64,000 bases of DNA from Podarcis liolepis (lineage: Eukaryota), in the NCBI GenBank assembly GCA_965112155.1, contig OZ218112.1. One strand, given 5' to 3'. The notes beneath the pieces were generated by a model. The model did not search any database. It worked only from the letters and a program-made list of their open reading frames with translations, and was not told the DNA's origin. The translations under genes were made by a program, and so were the position numbers. Shown piece after piece: positions 12,467 through 22,780 of this stretch; position 1 is the first letter of the stretch, and the number at the start of each line of letters is the position of its first letter.

Positions 12467-13361
12467 ACTAAAGCTGTTTGTTCGGTAAAAATGATCCAGG
12501 GGAATAATGATCAGAACAGTGGGTTAGGGAGAGACCCCTCCATGTGCAAAACTTAGAGGCAAGGTAATAAGATATGTAGGAACCCACCAGGAGCTGCTTT
12601 TGTGGGGGCTCTGAGCTGTGGTTGTGTCCGACCCCTCCAGCCCTAGGTGCTTTCCTTTTGAGTCCTCATGGATTCAGTTTCGTTGGTGCGAACCATGCAT
12701 CACATTGCGAACCATGCAAACACATTGCAAACTCTGCCTAGTGCAAAACTGTGGATAGTGGTTTAAACTCAGCTGGCAGGATTAGCCCTGAAACTTACAG
12801 AGTTATGCTGAAGGCATATGAGCATGTACAGAATACATCTCTCTTGCCCCTGGGTCATTCGTTCATTGATTGATTGACTCCAGTTAATTGCTTGTTGCTT
12901 TTCAGGTCAAGTCTCTCTCAAAGCATTTTACAGAGAGGAATAGGAAGGCTTTTTGACCCCACAGCTCTGGAATTCGCTTCTAGCTGACCTGCGTAAAGTT
13001 GCCACATTTCAGGATTTCAGAATGGCCTTGAATAGCCACTTGTTCTCACAAGTGTTATTCCCTTTGCTTTACTGTACTCCTTTTGCTTGACGGATTTGCT
13101 AAAAGTGTCTTTTGTTTCCATGCTAGATATGTACGTGCTGTTCCTGGTTATATCAGTGTTATGGTTGTTTTGAAAGTTTTGTATTGCATTTTCTTTTATC
13201 ACTCTTTAAAAGTTGCATTTTTATTTGTGTGCAGGTTGCCTTGAAAGTGTTCTGATCATAACAGTGATCTATACATATTTTTAAATAAAAGCAATAGACT
13301 CTCAGGCAGAATAAGAAGCAGTGCCCTGGGGTTGTATCCAGTGCAAGTTCCACTCAGAATA

Positions 13362-13603
13362 CAGTGGTACCTCGGGTTAAGAACTCAATTCGTTCTGGAG
13401 GTCCATTCTTAACCTGAAACTGTTCTTAACCTGAAGCACCACTTTAGCTAATGGGGCCTCCTACTGCTGCCGTGCCACTGGAGCACGATTTCTGTTCTCA
13501 TCCTGAAGCAAAGTTCTTAACCCGAGGTACTATTTCTGGGTTAGCGGAGTCTGTAACCTGAAGCGTCTGTAACTTGAAGCGTATGTAACCCGAGGTACCA
13601 CTG
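13362..13603. mobile_element. Tc1/mariner (Tigger-like) MITE, 242 bp
   Basis: TA|cagtggtacctcgggtta...taacccgaggtaccactg|TA. Confidence 0.9.
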
Positions 13604-14479
13604 TAAACTTGTTTAAATTAATGGACATGACCAACTTACATGCATTAAAATAGTAATAACAGCTTATTATTTATATGTCACCCATTTGACTGGATTGCCC
13701 CAGCTACCCTGGGTGGCTCCCCCCCCCAAAAAAAATGATAAAAACACAATATAACATCAAACACTAAAAACTTGTTTTAAATGGGTCTATTCTGAGCACC
13801 GTTGGAAACTACCCCTGGTTTGCTCATAAAATTAAGAAACTAGATGGTCAAACAAACCATGGCTTGTTTCCCTAGAGTTTGTTTTGTTTTCCGGCCACTC
13901 TTGCCTTGTGAACTTTGTAGCTTGGTGAGCGTTTGGGGTGGTGCACCAAACAAAGCATGGTTAAAGGAAGGGCATAGTTAAAGCAGAGCAAGGTTCATAA
14001 GCAAACAACAAGCCACAGCTTCAGGTCACGTCTGTTGGCAGTAAACAAACCATGGTTAGGCCACTGGGAAGTGTCCACACATAGTACAAAACCAAGGTTT
14101 AATGAACCATAACTTAGTGTTATGTGTGAGCTGAGACCACTGAGCCATGAGAGATGCTGAATTAGACTACTGAAATTGTCTTAAGGAGAGTCAGCAGGGA
14201 AAGTTTCAGGCCTTCGTGACTGCCATAAGAACGTAACAGGGGTCCTGTTGCATCACAGCCAAAGAGGACTTGTCTAGTAGTCCCTCATCCTGTTCTCACA
14301 GTGGCCAATCAAATGTCCTAATGGGAGGTGTGAAAGCAGGACCTCTGTTTAACAGCACCTCTCCCCACTTGTGATTCCCAGCTGGGGATGGGGCTTGTTT
14401 CTTGTCTGTGCTCAGCTAACGCTCGTGGTTTTTTTGTCATGCTGCCTGGGATAGTTCCAAAATGCAGTTTGCATTAGAG

Positions 14480-14761
14480 CAGGGGTCAGCAAATTTACCA
14501 CGCCTCGGGCCGGTGTCTCCAGCACCAATCACGCAGTGGGCCAGAGGGTGGGGGAGCGCATGCCTATATGCATGTGCACATGCTATTTCCGGCACACTTC
14601 CGGGTCAGAGGAGCACAAGCTATTTCCGGTGCTCCTCGGACCCGGAAGTGGGCAGCTGCGCAGCGCAGCACCGGTAAGAACGGGCGGCGGCAGCAGGCGG
14701 CGAGGGGCGGCGAGTCCTGCAGGCCTTATCTGGCCCACGAGTCTTAGTTTGGGGACCCCTG
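14480..14761. mobile_element. hAT MITE, 282 bp
   Basis: caggggtcagcaaa...tttggggacccctg; perfect 8-bp TSD cattagag. Confidence 0.88.
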
Positions 14762-14798
14762 CATTAGAGGTACATCTCAGCCTGTCACAAAAAACATT

Positions 14799-15009
14799 TA
14801 CAGATAGGTAGCCGTGTTGGTCTGCCATAGTCAAAATAAAAAAATTCCTTCCAGTAGCACCTTAAAGACCAACTAAGTTAGTTCTTGGTATGAGCTTTCG
14901 TGTGCATGCACACTTCTTCAGATAAGTGTGCATGCACACGAAAGCTCATACCAAGAACTAACTTAGTTGGTCTTTAAGGTGCTACTGGAAGGAATTTTTT
15001 TATTTTGAC
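14799..15009 (-). mobile_element. Penelope-like element terminal-repeat remnant forming an 86-bp perfect inverted repeat
   Basis: Arms 14830-14915 and 14924-15009 are exact reverse complements around an 8-nt loop; TSD aaaaaacatt at 14789-14798 and 15010-15019. Confidence 0.82.
14889..14924 (-). ncRNA. Minimal type-I hammerhead ribozyme motif (Penelope-associated)
   Basis: Minus strand reads UAU-CUGAAGA-A-GUGUGC.AU.GCACAC-GAAA-GC-UC/AUA: core boxes, palindromic stem II, palindromic AGCU stem III, 3-bp stem I. Confidence 0.65.
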
Positions 15010-15146
15010 AAAAAACATTGTTAGCAATCTCAGTTCTATTGTTGAGCTCTGATCTGCCAAGCTTGAAAATGTCTTTATTGATCTCTGCTCTGCTGCCCCA
15101 TACCTGCCTATGAAAAACGAAGTGCCACTGAATTATGTGCAACTTA

Positions 15147-15751
15147 CCGTATTTTTCGCCCCATAGGACGCACCGCCCCATAGGACGCACCTAATTTTTG
15201 GGGGGGGGGGATAAAGGGGGAAAAAAATTCCCTCCCCAGGCACGGGGCAGGCGCCGGGGAAGCCTGAGCTTCCCCCGACCCCAGCCTGCAGAACAGCCTG
15301 CTATCTGCAAGCCTAGGGAGCCGCGCCGGTCTCCCCAGGCTTGTGGAGAGGTGCGCGAAGCCCGGGGGCTCTCTTCAGCGCGCACCAGGCTTCGGAATGC
15401 AGACAGCTCTGCGCCACCCTCCGGAGCCCTGCGTGGCTTTGCGCCGGGATCGGGAGGGTGGCGCGGAGCTGCAGGAAGCCCTGGAGTGCAGGCAGCTCTG
15501 CGCCACCCTCCAGAGCCCCACGTGGCTTCACGCCGGGATCCGGGGGGTGGCGCGGAGCTGCAGGAAGCCCTGGAGTGCAGGCAGCTCCGCGCCACCCTCC
15601 AGAGCCCCACGCGGCTTTGCGCCGGGATCCGGAGGGTGGCGCAGAGCTGGAGGAAGCCCGGGAAAGCCTGCATTCGCCCCATAGGACGCACACACATTTC
15701 CCCTTCATTTTTGGATGGGAAAAAGTGCGTCCTATAGGGCGAAAAATATGG
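15147..15751. mobile_element. Tc1/pogo-type MITE, 605 bp, with three internal 89-bp GC-rich hairpin repeats
   Basis: TA|ccgtatttttcgccccataggacgcac...gtgcgtcctatagggcgaaaaatatgg|TA; repeat units start at ~15398, 15487 and 15576. Confidence 0.9.
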
Positions 15752-18257
15752 TACTTCTGAGAAAGTGGCATATTTGTTAAACAGATAGATTGGCTTAAGA
15801 ACTATTCAAAGCCTTAAGCATGCAGCCAGATAATGATGGAGAGGGAAAGGTGGAGATTTTTTTTAATGAAAGGTATTTGAGTGGGGTGTTAATGCTACTG
15901 TTCCTCATGCCTTCATTGAGGAACTGAGAACCTTTTTTAAAAGAATCTTACAGGGTAATTCTAAACCTTTCTACTCAGAAGTGAGCTCTGTGAAAAGTGG
16001 CATATTTGTTAAACAAATAGACATTGGTTTAACAACAGAGCTCTTCAAAGGCTTTAACATGCAGCCAGGTAACAATGGGGAGCAAGGAACACAGAGAGTT
16101 CTGATGTACCTTTAAGCAAATCGGTTTGGATGGGAACCAGAAAAGCAGTTACAAGAAGTGCGGCAGCTTATTTTCAATCTCTTTCCTAATAATCCCAAAC
16201 GTGCTATTTCTTTTAAGCAAGTACCACACACTGGGTCAACATATTTACTAAGCTGTCCACTGTGACTTTAAGGCCACCCCAGTTCTTGCTTATTCACCAC
16301 CAGTTCAGATAGTGTTTGTGTCGTGCCCAAGATTGGGGGGCTGACTTGTGTCGCATGTGCATGATGTCATGCACACATGGCATTGGGAGGAGTCCCAGTG
16401 CAGAGCCCAGTGTGGCAGGGATCCTCTCTTGTGCTCAAGAGGAGTCAGCCACTGAACCGCACTGCATTTGTCGTCCTCTGCCCCCTCAACATTGAGGAGG
16501 GCTGGCCCCCTGCCAGCAAATATTGAGGGGTCAAAGACCCCTCCACCCCTAGGAGTTGGTGCACCTGATTAGAGTACAGTGGTACCTCTTTGCCCTGCTG
16601 TTGCACATAATCAACTGCTTAACTCACTTGTTACCTTGATGCTTTGTCGCTATACCCTTACTCTTTTGCTTATATGCTTCCGTTTTCACCTTAAAAATGC
16701 GATCTTTTGGACCCTGAAGCCTCTCTTCTACTTTTTTAATTCTAATCCGTCTCTCCCACTAGCTAGGGCCAGAATGTGGAATGATCTATTAGTGGACTAT
16801 TTTCAAAATGCTTTCAAAACAGGCTCACACTGCACTTTGTAGTCCTGGCAATCAGGCTTGAAAGCACAGCAACACCTGAACCTCTTTGAACCTCTGGTTT
16901 TCTTGGAAATTCAAGGAGCAATCCTGGGAGGAGAAGCAGCTTCCCCTGCACTTCTGTGACTTCCCATAACCCTTCAGCTGATATGTGGGTGGGAGTGCAC
17001 CATAGACCAGCAAAGGAACAACCAGGAGCACATTTTAACCTCCTGATTGTTCCCTTGAAGCCCCAAAGGAAGGCTCCCTATCCCTGGCTCAGCACCTCCT
17101 CTCATACCTACATTGCTCAGATGAAGGATCCAAGCCTGGGGCAACAGTTATATAGGTCCAACCAGCCCCATAATAGGCTTTTCAAGGCACCTGGGCAGGT
17201 TGGGCTGGCAAAGCAGTAGTGTGGTCTCCGGCCATTGCAGGGGTTGTTCTGCTTGACCAGGCCAACCTGTTTGGACTACACCTCTGCTGCTCTGAGCAGA
17301 ATTGCCCTGCCCTTTCCACTCAGAGGTGGAGGGAGCTGGGGGCATACTCCTCGGGGGGCATGCAGCGTTTGTTTCTCTGAAAGGTTGCTCACCACCCAAC
17401 CTGGAACCTATAAATTATCGTTACTTATTTATCTTGTTCCATTTTGTTTATCGCAAAGCAGACATTGGCTGGCCACCTGTCATGTATGATCTAGCTGAGA
17501 TCCCTGCATTGCAGGAGGTTGGAGCAGAGGGCCCTCGGGGGTCCCTTCCAACTCTTATGATTCTATAAAGCGATTAACAATTTTAAAAAATTATAGAAGC
17601 ATCAATAAAAACATCAACGATAAAAACACAATCCATTTAAAGTCCAATGCGGTTGCAGACTAGGATACGGGCCTCCACTTAAAAGGCTTGTTGAAAAAAG
17701 GAAAGTCTTCAGTAGGGTGCAAAAAAGACAGTCGAGGGGGTCTGGTGCCTGTCTGATACGAAGCAGCCGGGAGATCCAAATGTTAGGTCCACCAGGCTAA
17801 AGTCCCAATTCTTTCATTGTAGCGCATGGACCTCCTGATAGGTTGGCATCGCTGCCGTGTATAATGATTGGGGATATAATCAGCAAGAGTGCATCTTAGG
17901 CTGCATTCACATGGCAGCTTACCCTGTTTTACTTATTTTCCCCTAACAGTTAATATCTGCATTGTATTTGAGCTGCCACACGACTTCAAAGCAAGTTCTA
18001 TAAATATGTTGGAATATAGCGCATGTTTAGTGCCTGATGTCAGCCCCAACGAGGCCGTGGCTATTGAACTCCTGTGTGTCCTTTTCTTCCTCCTCGCAGA
18101 ACCATCAGCACCGGAGGAGCTGCAGCACCTGCCAAAAGGGAGAGGTCGTCGTGGGCACACCGAGGACTCTGAAGACGAACCCGCTGGCTGCCGCCTGCCT
18201 TGCTCCGCCTTGCTTCTGGACGACGCACCCCCTCTCAGAAAACCTTCCCTCTCTGCC

Positions 18258-18272
18258 ATGGGGGTTCTGTGA
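18258..18272 (+). promoter_or_regulatory. Short uORF (MGVL*) in the NLGN3 5'UTR
   Basis: gccATGg optimal Kozak context; TGA at 18270-18272; 51 nt upstream of and in frame with the main ATG. Confidence 0.55.
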
Positions 18273-18323
18273 GCCCCAAGAATCTGCTTGAGGCCTGGCT
18301 TCCAGTGCTACCCTCCCCAGACC

Positions 18324-18804
18324 ATGTGGTGGTCACTCCTCCGAGGCCCACCGCTCCTTTCCCCCTTTCTGCAAGTGACCGAAGTTGCCACCGGCTGGGA
18401 GGCCCGCCTGGCGCTGTGGATCCTCAGCTTCGCCTCGGCCGTGGTGCAGATGGAGAGCCAGGCGTACTCTCCCACCGTCAACACGCACTATGGGAAGCTG
18501 CGGGGCGTGCGGGTGCCCTTGCCCAGCGAGATCCTGGGGCCCGTGGACCAGTACCTGGGGGTCCCCTACGCAGCGCCCCCCATCGGGGAGAAGCGGTTCA
18601 TGCCCCCCGAGCCACCCCCCTCCTGGTCGGGGATCCGCAACGCCACACACTTCTCCCCGGTGTGCCCGCAGAACATCCACACAGCCGTCCCCGAGATCAT
18701 GCTGCCCATCTGGTTCACCTCGAACCTGGACATTGTGGCCACTTACATCCAGGACCCCAATGAGGACTGCCTGTACCTCAACATCTACATCCCCACTGAG
18801 GATG
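18324..18804 (+). CDS. NLGN3: Neuroligin-3, first coding exon (signal peptide plus start of the cholinesterase-like domain)
   Basis: accATG at 18324; translation MWWSLL...[43 protein letters not shown]...[15 protein letters not shown] matches NLGN3 as recalled; phase-1 donor G|gtgagt at 18804/18805. Likely exon acceptor cttttcttcctcctcgcag ends at 18099. Confidence 0.97.
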
Positions 18805-20066
18805 GTGAGTCCCCAGCGGGGTTGCCTCCAGGAGACGCGGCGGCTCTCTGTTTTTCGGTGGTTGGTCTCATGCGGTTGCAGCATGCCAGCGTTGACCCCC
18901 TTCCCTTCCTGCTCCTCCCTCCCCAGCCACCCAACGCATGTCTGTCTGTTTGTGGAGATGCTTCTCTCTGCCCATGCTGCTTGCATTGTGCCCTCCTCCT
19001 GGCTGACATTTTTTCTCCCTGTTCCCTCTCTCTCTCTCTCTCTCTCCCGCGTACACTCCTTTCTCTCTGTCTCATGTGTGCTGTGCCTCTGCCCGTCATG
19101 CCCCTCTCCTGCCATGGCATCCTCATCCTCATCACGGCCTCCTCTCTTGTGTTGCAACAACAACAACAAAACAAAAACAAAGAAAACTCTCTGGCTGACT
19201 GCAGATCTTCATGGCGAGTGGCTGGTTCCCGGGCACCCAGGTTCGGCCAGGTTCGGCCCTGAGTTTGGTTTGGGGTTCCCTCCTTTCTGTTCTCTTTCTC
19301 TTTCTCTCCCCCCTCCCACTTTTTCATGTGCTGTTATTCTGCAGAGGGCAGGGAGTAGGGACTGTCTCTCTTTTTCTCCCTCTCTTCCCTTTCCTACTTT
19401 CTCTCTTTCTCTTTCTTGCTGGGACAGCATTGCTTCTGAAACTCCCCAGAAACCAAGGCTGAGTTACAGGACTTCCCTCTCTCTCTGGTGCCACTGTTAG
19501 TGACAAGGCCTTGCATGGGGGGAGGCGCAAGGGGGCCTGGCCCTTTGTGGTGAGGCTGGGTGCCCTTCTGCATTAACCCTTCCTTTCCAGGGGGTTCTCC
19601 TTCTTCCAACCGTAAGTAGCACAGCATGGAAAGGACCTTTTTTCAGCCTCACCACAAGGGGAGGGGAAGCCCAGCCATAGAGACATTGGGGAAGGCAGGG
19701 CAGGGGGGGGCTTTTGTCTGTACAGAGCAGCACTGGGGAGGGCTAGTGACCCCTTTCCCCCTCCCCCATGGGTGAGGTGGCAGCTTCCTGCTTAGCGTGC
19801 CCTCCCCTCTCCCCCCCCCTCCCAGCTCACTTTTTCTTGGCTCCAGAGTTTTTCTCCCAGAGCAGCAGCAACCCCCACCCTGAATTTCTCCCTCTCCTTC
19901 CTCCTGCGGTCAGTCCCAAGGGTGGGGGGAGGGAAAAGGCTGTGGGTGGAGGGGGGACAGGGTGTGGGTGGTGGGGTACTGGTGGGGTTACAATGAGGCT
20001 GGATTGCATGCCTGCGCTGTCCGCTGGAGCCTCCTGTTATTTTGTAGTCTTTTATTCATTTTACAG

Positions 20067-20126
20067 TAAAACGGATTTCCAAGGAATGCGCCCGAAAACC
20101 CAACAAGAAAATATGTAGGAAAGGAG
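20067..20126 (+). CDS. NLGN3: NLGN3 alternative exon A1 (VKRISKECARKPNKKICRKG)
   Basis: 60-nt symmetric phase-1 exon, ttttacag| ... |gtaggt; encodes the known basic A1 insert. It is not in the ORF track. Confidence 0.96.
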
Positions 20127-22634
20127 GTAGGTAGCGAGCCGGGGGGGCGGGGCTGGCAAGAGGGGCGCAGAGAGAGGCAAGAGAGAGGGAGTGAGCGCGA
20201 GGGGCGCCTGGCCTGCCCCATCCACAGCAGCGTTCCCCCCTCCTCATTCTCTGGGAGGGAGGGGGAGGGCCCTCCTCTGGAGCTCACAGGGGAGGGGATC
20301 TGTCTGTCTTTCTGTCCGTCCATCTTCTGTTGGGAGGGAGGCGGCTCCCTCTTGGAACACCCCACTCTCTCCATTTGCCCTTCCCACTCTGATCAGGGCT
20401 GGTCTTCCTAGTGATGCAAACCTGCCCTGTCGGTGTGGGCTGCCTGTCATCTGGGGAGGGGAGGGGCCTTCAGATATGGGGGTTCCCTTTGCCCTCCCCA
20501 CTGGCAGAGCTGTGAGAAACACCCAACAGCATCCATCTCTGGAAAAACCATGCTGCTTCTTCTCCAGCAGCAGACCAGGGATGTCACGCTTGGGGGGGGG
20601 CAGCGTAGCAGCAAAGCGGAGAGGGGGCAGGGGTCTGCTTGAAATTTGGCCATACAAAATGGAGTTTGTCCCCCCTCCACTGGCACCCCCCCAGGCCCCG
20701 AGCTTTGTATGTTGGGTGTGCGGCTAGGGGGATGTGACTGGCTCTGGTTGCCATAGGAACTGCCTTGTTCCCTGTGCCATCTCTGTCCTGCCATTGCATC
20801 CTGTAGAGCTGCTGCCCCCCCCCCAGTTTCTTTGGTGGGCTGTGCTGCCAAACACACCTGGGCACCCAGCCGCAACCCCCTCCCTGCCTTTCCTCTCTTT
20901 CACGCGCTCCCCCAAGAGACCCTCCTCTCAACACGCCTCGCTTTGGGGGTGGGTGGGTTTCCTCCTTATCTCCCCTCCTTTCTGCTGTGGCAGAGATGGG
21001 TAAGGCAGCATGTGCCTCTCCTCTGAGAGGGGGTCCTGACCTGAGCCACGGTGAGCTTGGCCTTCTCTTCCTCAGCTGGTACTTTACAAGGCAAGCTGCC
21101 TTTGCACTCATTCCTCACCCTGCCCTGGTCCTCTTCGGACTCCTCACTTTGCTTCGCCAGCTTCTGCCTGCCCCGGCTATTCAGACAGCATCTCTTTGGG
21201 CACCAGGGCTGCTTCTCAAGGGGCCAGCGCTGGCACATTGTCATGGCCACTTCAAAGCTCTGGCTCACCTCCTGAAGCTCCTTGGCCGGGCCTGTTAACT
21301 CCAGGTGTGCAGAAGCGGGCAAGGAAAGGCTGGCTGGCAGGGAGGGGAGATCCAGCTCTGCCTGGAGGGGCTCCCAGTACGGGCCCTCAGAGTGATCTCT
21401 GGTCTTCCAAGCACTTGCCAAATCGGCATAGATCCACAAAGCCCCAGAATGGCCTGCACACCCTGTTCCCTTCTTCCTTGGCAAGCATTTGGTCCAGCTT
21501 TAGCAGTGGAGCAGCAGCTTTCAGATGGATAATGCGACAGTAAAAATATTGTCAGGATATATTTCCATTATTCCTCAACTGAGTCCCCGGGGTGTCAATG
21601 TGGAAGCCCCACAGCTAATGAAGTTCCCTGGAAATGTCCTCTGCTCATATCCTTCTATGCATGGCAAGAGACCTAAAGCACTTGGGGTGGTGGAAGATGG
21701 GGAAACCACTTGGGAGGTTGTCAAAGTCCCCCAAACTGCATGTAAGTGCACTTCGTTTTTGTTGCAGCGCAATGAACTTGCATGGTGTATCACGAAGGAT
21801 AGGAGAACAGGTCACTTTCCCCAAGGAGGAGGTGGTTGTAATCTTCAGCAAAGGAGGAGCAACAGGGGAAGGGAGCATGGGTTAAAGTGGGGAAATGAAC
21901 ATAACATTATATCAGGGTTACATTTGAAGCACTGTGATATCACTTTAAACAGTTATGGCTTCCCACAAAGAATCCTGAGAACTCTAGTTTTCTAAGGGTG
22001 CCGAGAGTTGTTGAAAGACCCCTTGCAGAGCCACAGTTCCCAGTACCTTCAACAAACCACAGTTCCTGGGATTCTTTGGGGGAAGCCAGGGCTGTTAAAG
22101 TTGTTTAAGAGTTCTTTAAATGTACACTGTGGATGTGAGCGTCTGTGTACTCAGCCTAGGATGGGAACAAGGAGATTGTGCTTGAAGACTTTGAAGAAAA
22201 GGTGGGTTTTAAGGCAAGATTTGAAGGAAAAGATGGAGGAGGGAGCAGGTTACTATCCTCAAAGTTTGCCAGGCTTAGGAAACAAACTTTGCAGAAGAAC
22301 AAGACTTGGCTCCTTCAGGATCCTTGAGTTTACTGAAATATCCGGTACAGCTGTGTCAGTGGAAATACTCCACTGATTTCTCCAGGGGGGTTGATCTCAG
22401 ATGGGCCCAGCCAGGTTCCCAAGTCACCTGCACCTGGGGAAATTGGAGGCATAGCCACGAATACTGAGACCCCATTGAAGAAAGGTGTGCCAGCCCTTTG
22501 GTACAGCTTCCAGTGTGCCCCTGTGCAGGTGTGTCCACTGTTTCAAGCTGGGCAAGTATTCCCATATTTGCTCAAAGACTCACTGGAATTAGCTTGTAAG
22601 AGCTGTTTGACAGTTGCACCCACTCCCTTGGAAG

Positions 22635-22780
22635 CCAGTGGTCTCTCCTTTCTTAGAGGTTTTTAAACAGCGGTTGGATGGCCATCTGTCAGGGATTCTT
22701 TGATTCCTCCATTGCAGGGGGCTGGATGAGATAACCCTTGGGGCCCCTTCCAACTCTACAGTTCTTTGGTTCTGTGATTA
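22635..22780 (+). mobile_element. CR1 3' end (second copy ~17458-17566)
   Basis: gaggtttttaaacagcggttggatggccatctgtc...cattgcaggggg...cccttccaactctacagttct tail. Confidence 0.7.

Noticed and set aside
18805-19500. Extended 324-aa and 371-aa ORFs over the first coding exon
   Set aside because: These are intron read-through past a consensus donor and an alternative-frame shadow of a GC3-rich exon.
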